A stretch of 64,000 nucleotides of DNA from Lingula anatina (Eukaryota; Animalia; Brachiopoda). The stretch covers positions 11,900,587 through 11,964,586 of the forward strand of contig CM120648.1 in assembly GCA_051362555.1 (NCBI GenBank), given 5' to 3'. This document shows, piece by piece, positions 28,358 through 40,609 of the stretch. The position numbers and the translations under genes are program-made. The number at the start of each line of letters is the position of its first letter. The stretch's first letter is position 1. The notes beneath the pieces were generated by a model that was not told the origin of the DNA, did no database searches, and saw only the letters and a list, made by a program, of their open reading frames with translations.

Positions 28358-31300
28358 TTATTGCGGTTCAAGTACATTTTTTACAATGACTATGACCTAA
28401 CAGTATACATAATATAATCATATAACTAAAATTACAATAGTAAATTACAATATTGTTTGTACAATAACTGTGATCACTTTTTACTTTTTACAATTGCAGT
28501 ATACGCTCGTTACTTTGGTTGACTAGGTGGTGGTTGGTTGAGAATATTTTTTCTTACCTTATTACACATTGTGATATAGTGGGCCACATTCTTTATAACA
28601 TGTAAATCGTTTGACTGCATTATGCATTTGAACTGACCCTCTGGGGTTTGTGTAGGATCTGGTTTTAGGATCTCCCTGTGTTTGGTGAGTAAGGGGCATT
28701 TTAAAAGAAAGTGTATTTCGTTTTCCACTTCATCTGAGCATAACTTGCAGATCCTTTCTTCAGGGGGTATTGATTTTGGTTTTCGGTATCTGCCTCTTTG
28801 GATTTCTAAGTCATGTGCCCCTGTTCTAAATTTTGCCAAATTTTGCATTTCATGTTTTGGTATAGGTGCTGTTGTGTACGCTTCCCTTTCATAATTTGTT
28901 TTAAATAATCGATATGTACGTAGTATGCTGTTTTCTCGCTCTATTTCTTTGAGAAACAAAAGGGTATAATGACTTTCCAGTGCTTTTTTTACTTCTGCTT
29001 TGGAGGGGGTATTAGTCTGTGTTTTCATTAGATTTTGAGTAATGTATTTGATTTCGCTTGACCAATTTTTTACCTGTGTATCCTGTTTTGTTTCATATTC
29101 ATACATTGTTTTTGCCAAGCGCTGCTTTGGCATTTCAGAAAATCTTTGCCAGTAGGATGTAGCATGACCCATTATGTCATGTGTAATTGGGAATCTACCT
29201 AGTTCTGCTTTAGCTGCTATATTACTGGCATTGCGCCTCACACCTAAAATGTATTTGCAATAGTTATTTTGTACTACTTCGAATGGCAAAGTATTCATGT
29301 ATTTAAGAGATTTTATGCTTTTAGATGCGATTGATGGTCCCCAGATTTCGCATCCGTACATCAGTATGGGTTTTATAAGGATATCGAAGAGTTTTAAATA
29401 TGTCTGGGTCATATTGTGGGTGGTGGACTGTAAAGCCTGCTTAACTGCAAAAACCGCCTTCATGGCTTTACCTTTCAGATCATCAAGTGCGCTTTTGAAT
29501 GATCCATTCGATTTGAATTTTATCCCTAAATAATTATATTCATGTGTTATTTCTATTGTTTGATGGTCTATTGTGAAATTCATGTTTGGTTTTTTGCCTG
29601 ACTTACTAAATATCATTACTTTCGTTTTGTTGGTATTGACTGTGAGCTTCCATTTTTTGCAGTAGTCCCCCAGATTGTCAAGACTTTTTTGTAGGCCCTT
29701 TGCAGATTTAGATAGAATAACGAGGTCATCAGCATATAAAAGGTGACTGATTGTAGTGTTGGCATTAATTTTTACGGGATCACATGTGCTATTGAATACA
29801 TTTTTCATATCATCTATGTAAATATTAAAAAGCATTGGACTCAAGCTGTCACCTTGCCTTATTCCTATATCTGTCTTAAAGTAGTTTGTGCGTCTTTGGC
29901 CAATTTTGACACACAGCTCTGTAGTTTGATACATGTGTTTTATTGTTCTATAAAAGTTTCCTCCTATTTTTTGTTTTAATACTTTGAGGAATAGACCTTC
30001 AATCCACACGCTATCAAAAGCTTTTTTAAGATCTATAAAACATGCGTATAACTTATTATTCTTATTGATGAATTGGTTAATAAGGCTGTTTAGAATGAAC
30101 ATATTGTCTGAGGTTCTATATGTAGGGCGGAACCCTGCTTGTTCTTTAGAAAGAGATTCACATTCTTCGATGTAGGAGAGAAGCCTTGTATTTAGAATTG
30201 AAGTGAAAAGTTTTCCTAAACAGCTGTTTATACAAATTCCTCGGTAGTTTTGTGGGTTCGAGGGATCTCCAGACTTCAGCAGTGGCTTTATCATACCTTT
30301 ATTCCAAAGAGAGGGGAATTTACCACTACCTAGGATTAGATTGAATAGTTTAGCCAGTGATTTAGCTATGAATGCGGCAGACGTTTTTAGCATTTCATTA
30401 GAGATTGTATCTTCTCCGCATGATTTTCTGATTTTCAGAGCTCTGATAGCTGATTTAATTTCCTTGATGGTGATGGGGTAGTCCAACTTTTTGAATTGTT
30501 CTTGGTCTAAGTGTTTTTCTAGGTTGGCTAGACTTTCGTGTAAGTTCTGATCATTTGGAGAGTTCTGACTCTCACCTAATTTTTTAAAGTAGTTGTACCA
30601 AGTATTGGACTCAATGTATTCCGATGAGTCACTTTTCATTTGCCCCTTCAGTTGCCCTATGATTTCCCAAAATTCTTTAGGGTTTTTATTTTCCATGTGT
30701 AATAGGTTGTTCAAAATATTGTTTTTCATTTGCTTCTTTTTATATTTTACTAGTTTTTTGTATTCTTTTGTTGCTCGATGATAACTAGTTTTCAGTGCCA
30801 TATTAAATGGGTCTCTTCTCAGCTTTTTTCCTAGTCCTATACTTTCTTTTCTTAGTATGTTACAGTCCTGGTCGAACCACAGTTGTTTCATTTTGTGTTT
30901 GGATTTTTTGTTAACATGTGAACGCCTTCTTTTGAGTGCCCGGTTTGCTGCTGATTCCATTATGTTTGTGAACTCATTCACTGCATCATTTACTCCTGAT
31001 TCGTTATTAGCAAAGGAGGTGCATTCGTAATCTATAATTTTTTGCGTTATTCCTACACTTATGAAAACCTCTTCAAAGGCTACTTTGGAGTCTTTATCCC
31101 ATATAAATTTGCTTTTAATATTTGTAGTTTCATGTTGTTGTGTTTTTTTACCTTGTGTTGTTTTCATTTCAAGAATGCATTCCAGTAAACAATGGTCTGA
31201 GATATAGTCAATGGGGTTTACACAGAAATTTTTGATTGATTTGAATAGGTCTGAACCAACCACCATGTAGTCTACCACACTATATCCATTATTACTGTGA

Positions 31301-34300
31301 CATGTATAGTATCCGAGGGTATCTCCCTGCTTTCTACCATTTAAGATACGTAACTGTGCAGAGATGCATAGGTTGACCAGTGAGTAGCCAAAAGGGTTAA
31401 TTTTGTGGTCCAGATTATTTCTTATCTTTACTCTTTTATCACAGGTATAAGTGTTTGGAAGTGGCACTCTGTTTACTTCATCATTCTCTATGTAATCTTT
31501 CATATTGTGGGTACGGCTGTTAAAGTCACCAGCTAACATTATATCTCCCTTCTGGCTATATAGAGCGATTTCCTTTTCTAGCACGTCATAAGTGCTCTGT
31601 TCAATTGTTCCACTTGTACTATTCTGTGGTTTTATATAAACAAAACAAACAAAAATATCTCTTTCAAAGCCGAAAAACTCTCTTGTTAGCCGTACCCATA
31701 ACAGATCTTCACTACTACTATCTACTCTTGTGATACCTTGCTTAAGAGTTTTTCTGTAGTATACTACTATGCCACCTGAAGGTCTACCTTTCATTTTTTT
31801 CTTATTTCGAATTTGGTGAAAATGTACATAATCACTTCCGGGGAAACTTACATTTGATCTAATGCTACTCCAGGTCTCTACAAGACCCACTATATCATAT
31901 TTAGAGAGTGTATTTACAAAGTAAGTGTCCTTAAGTTTTTCACTAAGGCCATGAACATTTCTCATTCCTATTCTAAGGTTTTGAGACATACTTCTGAATA
32001 TTGGATGCTTAAGAGCTTCTAGTATTTTAACTGTCTTACGTCTATGCAAGCTTTCTAGATTCAATTGTATCATTTTCAGTTTTTTTAGACTGGATTGTTT
32101 ACTGCGTTTATACCATTTTTCAAACTATAGGTATTGATTGCATTTAAAATCAACTTCCAAGTTCCATTGGCGTAATAACTATAATTGTTTGAACTCAGTA
32201 ATCTAGTATTGCATATGATCTATTTGGATGTAATTCTATCAACTGATAACAAACAACAGCTTAATAACTACATTGCTTTACAATTACTTAACTGTCTACA
32301 GTGACTTACCACAGCCCATCTTCTTCGGCTTCTCTATTGAATGCTTTTGAGGGGCTTAATTATGTATATGGTACCAGTATGTTATATATTGAGATTCATC
32401 GTTACTGAGAGGTCTCAGTTTTACTTTATCTTTTAAAGTCCGTCTTAAAGTCCGTCTTGTTGCAACCACCCAATAGGAATGTTCTGACCTTTAAAAATTT
32501 TTTCTTTAAAAATACAGTATTTGTTAAATTCACAATTTTCCCCCATTGAAAAGGTGGAGTTATTATTGTGCTTAAGTTTTTTAACCAACATTTAGTATAT
32601 ATAACAATAAATATGCATTGCATTGGCTGAAATAACAACTTGGTAAATAAAAAATGAAAACATTTGAAGCCTTTATATGGCTTTGACTAGTAACCTAAAT
32701 GAGAGTCTTAAGGGATAAAAAGGACAGCACTCACAATAGATTGCTTTGGTCTTGTTGTTGGTTCTCCTAACTATCTGGTCAATTCATACTTGATTGATAA
32801 AATATATACCACTTTTTTTTCAGATGTTCGGCCATTTCAGTGTTCTGTCCCAGACTGTAACAAAAGCTTCAAGGTGAAGGCTGCTCTACAACACCATATC
32901 AAATATAGGCATGGAAGTAAGTTACAGATAATGAATTCACAGTCACAATGAAGTGATGTTAGAAAGCATGCTGTCTTTAACAGTGGATCACATGATAAAA
33001 GGGCTTACACTTTAAAACGAGTAATTGTACCACCAGCGTTAGCGCTGGCGGTACACATGGTTTCGGTCTCGTCCGGATCGTTCCGCCGGCTCCGCCGGCT
33101 CCGCCGGCTCCGCCGGACGGCTACCGTTACCGCTTCTCCTCCTAGACGGTAAGGCCCCCCATACCCATCTCATGGATTTAGGTCACCTATAATCTCAACT
33201 CGTTCCACGTAAAATTTGGGCTTTGTCGGTATTGGGGTCTGGGTGTGGCACTCATTGCAATGCACCCTTGTCCAAAAATGGCAAAATTAAATGCTAATTA
33301 TCTACCCTACGGAAGGAGTTAGGGGAAAATTTTCTACAGACGGCTTTCCAAAAGTCATATGTGTAGATTTCAAATATACCCTCGGATTTGACCTTTGACC
33401 TTTACTTCAAGGTCAAATGGGCCAAAATTTTCAAAAAAATGAAATTTTTTACGAAAAAAAAATTTTTTGCCCTGTTATTCAGACACCACACAGACTTAAC
33501 CAATAATATTATTGGAAAGTGTTACCCTTCAGGTCATCTTTCATCTCCGTGAATTTGGGGTCAATCGGTGCATTTTCACAGGAGTAGCGGCCATAAGATA
33601 CCGAAACTGAAAACTGTCTCTAATTCGGGAACCGTTAATGCTAGAGACCCATTCTTTTTTGCATTTTGTAGAGCATGTAAAGCCCAACACTGGAGGTGGT
33701 CTCGGTTTTTTTGTATTCCATACGGTTTTCGAGTTACGCTGTATCAAAAAGTACATATTGGTGGTGAAAGGAAAATGTACGGAAGCCCACTGGTGCCATA
33801 TGTAGAAAAAAAAATTATCTCGAAATTTCGAGATACTATTTTGAAATTTGAACAAAAAAATTTACCACCAGCGTTAGCGCTGGCGGTACACATGGTTTCG
33901 GTCCCATCCGTTCCGTTCCGCCGGCTCCGCCGCCATGTTACCGTTACCGCTTCTCCTCCTAGACGGTAAGGGCCCCCGTACCCATCTCATGGATTTAGGT
34001 CACCTATAATCTCAACTCGTTCCATGTAAAATTTGGGCTTTGTCGGTATTGGGGTCTGGGTGTGGCACTCATTGCAATGCACCCTTGTCTAAAAATGGCA
34101 AAATTAAATGCTAATTATCTACCCTACAGAAGGAGTTACGGGAAAAATTTCTATAGACGGCTTTCCAAAAGTCATATGTGTAGATTTCAAATATACCCTC
34201 GGATTTGACCTTTGACCTTTACTTCAAGGTCAAATGGGTCAAAATTTTCAAAAAAATGAAATTTTTTACGAAAAAAAATTTTTTTGCCCTGTTATTCAGA

Positions 34301-37300
34301 CGCCACACAGACTTAACCAATAATATTATTGGAAAGTGTTACCCTTCAGGTCATCTTTCATCTCCGTGAATTTGGGGTCAATCGGTGCATTTTCACAGGA
34401 GTAGCGGCCATAAGATACCGAAACTGAAAACTGTCTCTAATTCGGGAACCGTTAATGCTAGAGACCCATTCTTTTTTGCATTTTGTAGAGCATGTAAAGC
34501 CCAACACTGGAGGTGGTCTCGGTTTTTTTGTATTCCATACGGTTTTCGAGTTACGCTGTATCAGAAAGTACATATTGGTGGTGAAAGGAAAATGTACGGA
34601 AGCCGACTGGTGCCATATGTAGAAAAAAAAATTATCTCGAAATTTCGAGATACTATTTTGAAATTTGAACAAAAAAAATTTTTATCTCGAAATTTCGAGA
34701 TAGCATTTTGAAATTTGAACAAAAAAAAAATTATCTCGAAATTTCGAGATAGCATTTTGATATTTGAGCAAAAAAATTTATCTCGAAATTTCGAGATAGT
34801 ATTTTGAAATTTGAACAAAAAAAATGCTATCTCAAAATTTCGAGATAATTTTTTTTTTCAACATATGGCACCAGTCGGCTTCCGTAAAAATGTGCAGTAC
34901 GGTAATGGATAATAAATTTTGAACTCCAGAAAAATAAAACATAATGCTTGGCAAAGCAGACAACTTGTGGTCAAAAATGACATTATTTTATCAAATTTAA
35001 ACTTCTGCAACTTCAGAGAACCTCCCATTTCAAGAACTTTGACCAAAATGACCTTTTCTTTATTTTAATTAATTTTTTCTGTAGGAAATTTATGGCACAT
35101 TATGGTAACTCCAAAATTATAACATTTAGTCCCTTATATCTCCAAAACTGGCAGAGATAGGTCCATAGTTACTATTGAAGTTGAATAGGAAGTCATATAC
35201 TGGCAATCTTACTGTGACCTTGACATTGACCTTTGACCTACTTTTCACCATGAACTGAACTTTGCAAATTTTGCTTCCCTTTTATCTCCAAAACTGGCAG
35301 AGATAGGTCCATAGTTACTATTGAAGTTGAATAGGAAGTCATATACTGGCAATCTTACTGTGACCTTGAAATTGACCTTTGACCTACTTATCACCATGAA
35401 CTGAACTTTGCAAATTTTGCTTCCCTTTTATCTCCAAAACTGGCAGAGATAGGTCCATAGTTACTATTGAACTTGAATAGGAAGTCATATACTGGCAATT
35501 TTACTGTGACCTTGAAATTGACCTTTGACCTACTTTTCACCTTGAACTGAACTTTGCAAAATTTGCTTCCCTTTTATCTCCAAAACTGGCAGAGATAGGT
35601 CCATAGTTACTATTGAACTTGCATAGGAAGTCATATACTGGCAATTTTACTGTGACCTTGAAATTGACCTTTGACCTTCTTTTCACCATGAACTGAACTT
35701 TGCAAATTTTGCTTCCCTTTTATCTCCAAAACTGGCAGAGATAGGTCCATAGTTACTATTGAAGTTGAATAGGAAGTCATATACTGGCAATCTAAATGTG
35801 ACCTTGAAATTGACCTTTGACCTACTTTTCACCATGAACTGAACTTTGCAAATTTTGCTTCCCTTTTATCTCCAAAACTGGCAGAGATAGGTCCATAGTT
35901 ACTATTGAAGTTGAATAGGAAGTCATATACTGGCAATCTTACTGTGACCTTGAAATTGACCTTTGACCTACTTATCACCATGAACTGAACTTTGCAAATT
36001 TTGCTTCCCTTTTATCTCCAAAACTGGCAGAGATAGGTCCATAGTTACTATTGAACTTGAATAGGAAGTCATATACTGGCAATTTTACTGTGACCTTGAA
36101 ATTGACCTTTGACCTACTTTTCACCTTGAACTGAACTTTGCAAAATTTGCTTCCCTTTTATCTCCAAAACTGGCAGAGATAGGTCCATAGTTACTATTGA
36201 ACTTGCATAGGAAGTCATATACTGGCAATTTTACTGTGACCTTGAAATTGACCTTTGACCTTCTTTTCACCATGAACTGAACTTTGCAAATTTTGCTTCC
36301 CTTTTATCTCCAAAACTGGCAGAGATAGGTCCATAGTTACTATTGAAGTTGAATAGGAAGTCATATACTGGCAATCTAAATGTGACCTTGAAATTGACCT
36401 TTGACCTACTTTTCACCATGAACTGAACTTTGCAAATTTTGCTTCCCTTTTATCTCCAAAACTGGCAGAGATAGGTCCATAGTTACTATTGAAGTTGAAT
36501 AGGAAGTCATATACTGGCAATCTTACTGTGACCTTGAAATTGACCTTTGACCTACTTTTCACCATGAACTGAACTTTGCAAATTTTGCTTCCCTTTTATC
36601 TCCAAAACTGGCAGAGATAGGTCCATAGTTACTATTGAAGTTGGATAGGAAGTCATATACTGGCAATTTACTGTGACCTTGAAATTGACCTTTGACCTAC
36701 CTTACAATGAACTTAACTTTGATTGCACCATTTTTAGTTATATATATTTTTTGCATATTTTGAAAATTCTTGTTGATTGCATTTTTACAGCTTGTCAAGC
36801 ACAAGACTGGTGGCTGCACCCCTTATTTTGTGTATGTGGGGGTCTATACGAATGCGCTTGCTCCAGCTGGTGGTACAATATTCGGAGGCGGTATCGCCTC
36901 TCTGATCCTCTAGTTTTAATTAAAATTTTATTAAGATATTGAATGAATACCTGTCCTTTTTGCCATTAAGATAAATGTCTCTGTATAAAAATGTTTTATG
37001 TTTTCATTGATGTAAGTTTTTCTCACTAAGACTGTTAATTGGTTAAAATCTCTTTGTGTCTTGAAAAAATAAACTCAAGAAGTTTAATTGCCTCAGGGAA
37101 GTAAGATCATTAACTGGGCAAACAGATTCTTAGAGTCCATTGTAAAACCAGCTGATGTCATTAATTCAAATATTAGTCTATAAACCCGACCTTTACTTTT
37201 TTTTTTACCACCACCAACCCTAGATTTCATTACTAAACTCTCTTATTTTAGCTACCGAGAGAAAAGTAAAATGTGAGATTTGCTCAAAAACGTGGCACCA

Positions 37301-38593
37301 TCCAGCGCAGCTCCGGACTCATATGAAAACCCACAGCGGTGAGTGGATGCATCTGGAACAGGCCTCCTAAAGGGATTGAGCATTTGCGAGCTTGAGCCTG
37401 AGATTTCTGAGCATGAATGCCCGTATTAACAACTCGAGCCACGTATTAATACCCTAGGTTCTAGATTTTGATATTGCCAGCTCGATCTTGATTTCATATA
37501 TAACCCAGATCAGCACTGTAACGTTAACACATGGAAAGGTATAGTTAATAAGCTAACTTTATAGTGCCCTGACACTCAGGGTACGAATTAAGTACCTGGA
37601 CATAAAATAAATAGCCATGAGCACAACTTTATAACACACAGATAGCTCTGACGACGTGTGCTTGTCTACTAATTTTACGTTGGGGCACTAAATTCTTGGC
37701 TCCTATTGTTCATTTCAGCATAGGTCCTCACAAATCTAAGGCTCGTGCTAGCATTCGCAATTATCGTTTATGTGGCTTGTGTTACTCTTTTAAGCTTTTA
37801 GTCACAGTAAGATATTTTTACATTGAGCAGAATACTAATATAGTCTGTTCCAATACACTTATACAGACTGAAATTATAATATTGTGGTTGTTACCAAAAG
37901 AATCACTTAATCAGAGTAAAAAAGCTGATATGTGCTGTATTAATTAGTAAACTTATCTTGAAAAGGGCTCACTCAACATTTTCTTTTAACAATAATTGTT
38001 TGAAGTAATAAAATAAGTGTTGTTTCATCACCATTTTCATTAAATATTTGATGTACAAAAGTTTTTGTCCTCTTTTTTTTGCAGGGACAAGAAACTACGA
38101 ATGTGAATTGTGTCTCAAAACTTTCACCACCAAGAGTAATCTGGACCAACACAGTAAGACTGCCCACGGCAACACTGTGTACAGCTGCGCCCTCTGCCAC
38201 TTCACCACAATACACAGAAACTCCATGAAAAGACACATGAAACTTGTGCATAAAATCCTGGAAGCTACTTTCATAGGAGAGCAGCCCCCTGGCGGTGTGG
38301 CTGTCACAACTCTAGATGTCGCCACTGAGGCTTACACTGATGATGACAATACCATAGGTGGCAGCACTGAGGTGTACACTGTTGCTGACTCAGCAAGTTG
38401 TGTTGATGCAACTGTAGATGGCAGCACAGAGGTGGTGTACACTGTGGAAAACACACCAGCAGAGGGAGACACCGTTGCAGTGGAGTCACCGACTGAGGGA
38501 GCACCATCTTTTGTAATCCTTGAAGAAACAGCTGCTGTAGAACCTGGACATATAGTTGTACAGACTGATTTAGAGCCCCATTTAACGCAGTGA
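25658..38593 (+). CDS. C2H2 zinc-finger protein, 6 coding exons, ~577 aa (one N-terminal finger, long linker, C-terminal finger cluster, acidic tail)
   Basis: Exons 25658-25736, 26604-27368, 27966-28166, 32824-32916, 37252-37338, 38085-38593; all introns are phase 1 GT-AG. Fingers: YVCGLCGHQFVHLLNL|GLHVRTLH (split by intron 1), LVCDLCGYVASNRHRWKEHVQQLH, FQCSVPDCNKSFKVKAALQHHIKYRH, VKCEICSKTWHHPAQLRTHMKTH, YECELCLKTFTTKSNLDQHSKTAH, YSCALCHFTTIHRNSMKRHMKLVH. Confidence 0.9.
27438..27775 (+). mobile_element. Kolobok-like MITE (~340 bp)
   Basis: TTAA TSDs, AGGGATAA/TATTCCT ends; nearly identical to 53683-54021. Confidence 0.8.
28321..32100 (-). mobile_element. Non-LTR retrotransposon (LINE), antisense in intron 3 of the zinc-finger gene
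   Basis: Intact APE-RT ORF, short 3'UTR, AATAAA directly followed by a poly(A) tail (poly-T 28321-28355 on +). The 5' boundary is uncertain and no TSD was found. Confidence 0.9.
28510..32073 (-). CDS. LINE ORF2: AP endonuclease + reverse transcriptase + C-terminal Cys/His knuckle (RTE-X/L2-group-like; clade unresolved)
   Basis: 1187 aa, uninterrupted. EN motifs NVHGL, LVETW, GDFNS, VDY, SDH; RT motifs FIDLKKAFD, GIRQGDSLSPMLF, LLYADDL, YLG; C-terminal RICKLC-x5-ENEIHFLLKC. Confidence 0.95.
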   Translation of the reverse strand: MIQLNLESLHRRKTVKILEALKHPIFRSMSQNLRIGMRNVHGLSEKLKDTYFVNTLSKYDIVGLVETWSSIRSNVSFPGSDYVHFHQIRNKKKMKGRPSGGIVVYYRKTLKQGITRVDSSSEDLLWVRLTREFFGFERDIFVCFVYIKPQNSTSGTIEQSTYDVLEKEIALYSQKGDIMLAGDFNSRTHNMKDYIENDEVNRVPLPNTYTCDKRVKIRNNLDHKINPFGYSLVNLCISAQLRILNGRKQGDTLGYYTCHSNNGYSVVDYMVVGSDLFKSIKNFCVNPIDYISDHCLLECILEMKTTQGKKTQQHETTNIKSKFIWDKDSKVAFEEVFISVGITQKIIDYECTSFANNESGVNDAVNEFTNIMESAANRALKRRRSHVNKKSKHKMKQLWFDQDCNILRKESIGLGKKLRRDPFNMALKTSYHRATKEYKKLVKYKKKQMKNNILNNLLHMENKNPKEFWEIIGQLKGQMKSDSSEYIESNTWYNYFKKLGESQNSPNDQNLHESLANLEKHLDQEQFKKLDYPITIKEIKSAIRALKIRKSCGEDTISNEMLKTSAAFIAKSLAKLFNLILGSGKFPSLWNKGMIKPLLKSGDPSNPQNYRGICINSCLGKLFTSILNTRLLSYIEECESLSKEQAGFRPTYRTSDNMFILNSLINQFINKNNKLYACFIDLKKAFDSVWIEGLFLKVLKQKIGGNFYRTIKHMYQTTELCVKIGQRRTNYFKTDIGIRQGDSLSPMLFNIYIDDMKNVFNSTCDPVKINANTTISHLLYADDLVILSKSAKGLQKSLDNLGDYCKKWKLTVNTNKTKVMIFSKSGKKPNMNFTIDHQTIEITHEYNYLGIKFKSNGSFKSALDDLKGKAMKAVFAVKQALQSTTHNMTQTYLKLFDILIKPILMYGCEIWGPSIASKSIKSLKYMNTLPFEVVQNNYCKYILGVRRNASNIAAKAELGRFPITHDIMGHATSYWQRFSEMPKQRLAKTMYEYETKQDTQVKNWSSEIKYITQNLMKTQTNTPSKAEVKKALESHYTLLFLKEIERENSILRTYRLFKTNYEREAYTTAPIPKHEMQNLAKFRTGAHDLEIQRGRYRKPKSIPPEERICKLCSDEVENEIHFLLKCPLLTKHREILKPDPTQTPEGQFKCIMQSNDLHVIKNVAHYITMCNKVRKNILNQPPPSQPK
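34595..34886. mobile_element. Foldback MITE with TACGGAAGCCGACTGGTGCCATATG TIRs and 6-bp TSD AAAATG (IS3EU-like ends)
   Basis: TSD at 34589-34594 and 34887-34892; internal ~57-bp units each contain the palindrome ATCTCGAAATTTCGAGAT. A truncated copy lies at 33778-33861. Confidence 0.75.
35137..36700. repeat. 146-bp satellite array, ~10.7 monomers, inside the HINE
   Basis: Monomer starts at 35137, 35283, 35429 and so on; very high identity. Confidence 0.95.
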
Positions 38594-38602
38594 TGGAGCC
38601 TA

Positions 38603-38850
38603 AGACTGAGTTTCCATACCTAAATCAATCTAACAGGATCAGTCTATCTCCAAGGGGTTTCTTGCTAAATTGCAATCAACTTAAGCAGCTTAGATGTTTG
38701 TCATACCTGCTGAAGCAGCTAGGGGTAATTAATCATTTAGCTGCTTCACTTCACGTGCCAGACATCTAAGCCACTTAAGTTGATTGCAGTTTAGTGAGAA
38801 TTCCCTTGGAGATGTATCGGTCCACAGTTAGTACGATAGGGTCTGGGAAT
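38603..38850. mobile_element. Dispersed internally palindromic repeat in the zinc-finger gene 3'UTR
   Basis: Reverse-complement homologue at 49613-49842 and a related copy at ~44560-44727. Confidence 0.6.
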
Positions 38851-40114
38851 GTTACCTAAGTCCCAGTATTGCAGGCAGTCACAGCTGGCAGAAATTTTAA
38901 ATACAGCGCCATCAGTTATAATTTAAAGATACCTCAGTATATTGAGTAAGTCTGAATCATTTACAAAACACACTTTGTTTTTACGTGTTATTCCGTATTT
39001 GAATAAAAGAATACCAATCATTTACAAGACTGTAACCTTATAATACAAGATAACTTTGGGAGGCGATGGCATCGTGAGGTGTACATGTACGATGTGGTTA
39101 ACGAATTCTTCTCAATTTATAATCACCCTTTTTTATTCTCTCTGGTTGAAAACAAAAATTGCGCATGTATGACGTCTCATGCAATCACATAGGTAAACAA
39201 CAACAAAAATCTACACGAAAATTGGTAACGTACGTAACGGTAAAGCAGTACCGGATTTTGAGGTGGGGTCAGGAGGGTCCTGACCCCCTCCGCGGTTTCT
39301 GAAAAATATATCGCACCAATATTCCCCCCCCCCCCCCCTTGAAATCAGAATTTTGACTTACTGAATTATAGCTCTAAACCGTTCAAAAGGGCACTTTGCT
39401 CTCCAAAACACAAAAAAAATTTCTGGGTCCTTGAGCAGGTCCCGAACCCCATAGAAAGGAGGCTATGGTCGGCTTCGCATCGGAGGTCTGTCGTTCCGGC
39501 CCTGATAAAGGATAGTTTTTAATCCACATACATTTATCATATCCATATCAATGACAGATATACGCGTGATCTGCTTATCTTCCGTGACTTAACTCGAGAC
39601 TACAAATATAGATTTGACATCGTGCACAGTAACACAAATAACAGTTCAAGTGGTTGACTTGGCGTTACTGCGTCTGATTAAATCATCAGCTTATAACAGC
39701 TTGGGTAATTATACTATACATATTGAATAACTCTAAACCTTTTAGATATTTCACATATAACGGAGTATCGAGTTACACGTACGGACGTACAGCAGGCGGA
39801 TTTACAGTGGAATGTTTTGCTGAGGACAGAGGGAAACGCCAATGAAACCCACAAATGAAGGAACATCGAACGTGGATATGAGATATAATGTAGATCCGAT
39901 CCCCTCGCCTCTGCTTGTGTTTTTCTTCTGGATAAATTGTTGGTCATGATTTGTGCACGTAAGCAATGAAAAACGAAACTATTTAAATGATAGACGGTGT
40001 GTATGTGAATTCTTTCTCTGCTTTGTGCTCTCTTTAAGACTTCGCAGCGGAAGAGGGATTATCTATCAGGAGACCATTTTTTGAGTCCGTCATTGTCAGG
40101 AAAATTGTCCATTT

Positions 40115-40575
40115 TTGACATCACTCTCCATTGTCGGCACAACTCTCCACTGTCGACGCAACGTACTCCCCACTCAGGGGCGGATCCAGAGAAATTTTCT
40201 GACAGTCTTCCAAATTATTTTTGTTAATCCATCCTCCATTTTTGACCGTCTTCCGACACAAAATATTAGATACCCGTCAATGTAAACTTTAAAATCTGAC
40301 CGTCTTCCTGAAGACCCAGAAGACGGCCTAAATCCGCCCCTGCCACTGCCGGCACAACGTACTCTCCACTGTCGGCACAACTCTCCACTGTCGGCACAAC
40401 GTACTCTCCACTGTCGGCACAACGTACTCTCCGTTGTCGGCACAACTCTCCACTGTCGGCACAACGTACTCCCCACTGTCGGCACAACGTACTCTCCGTT
40501 GTCGGCACAACTCTCCACTGTCGGCACAACGTACTCCCCACTGTCGGCACAACGTACTCTCCACTGTTGACGCAA
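40115..40575. repeat. 20/24-bp minisatellite (actctccactgtcggcaca[acgt]) just upstream of channel-like gene A, interrupted by a MITE
   Basis: Tandem CpG-containing units ending ~35 bp before ATG 40610. Confidence 0.9.
40175..40342. mobile_element. MITE, CAGGGGCGGAT TIRs, 5-bp TSD CCACT
   Basis: TSD at 40170-40174 and 40343-40347; homologous to 18263-18426. Confidence 0.8.
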
Positions 40576-40609
40576 CTGACCACACAGAAATAGATTTCCC
40601 ACCTTGAAA

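Larger units (their letters stand above)
33025..36915 (+). mobile_element. Non-autonomous Helentron-type element (HINE/DINE-1-like) with duplicated 5' head, nested MITE and internal satellite array
   Basis: 5' subTIR TTGTACCACCAGC with an adjacent inverted copy, followed by (CCGCCGGCT)n. 3' subTIR GCTGGTGGTACAA at 36866-36878, stem-loop GAGGCG-gtat-CGCCTC at 36885-36900, and CTAGTTTT end. Confidence 0.8.

Noticed and set aside
32433-32458. 12-bp direct repeat near the LINE 5' end as a possible TSD
   Set aside because: Adjacent tandem copies with no counterpart next to the poly(A) tail.
33541-34818. Duplicated 104-133-aa ORFs
   Set aside because: They lie in the duplicated HINE head, have no domain features and are open on both strands by chance.
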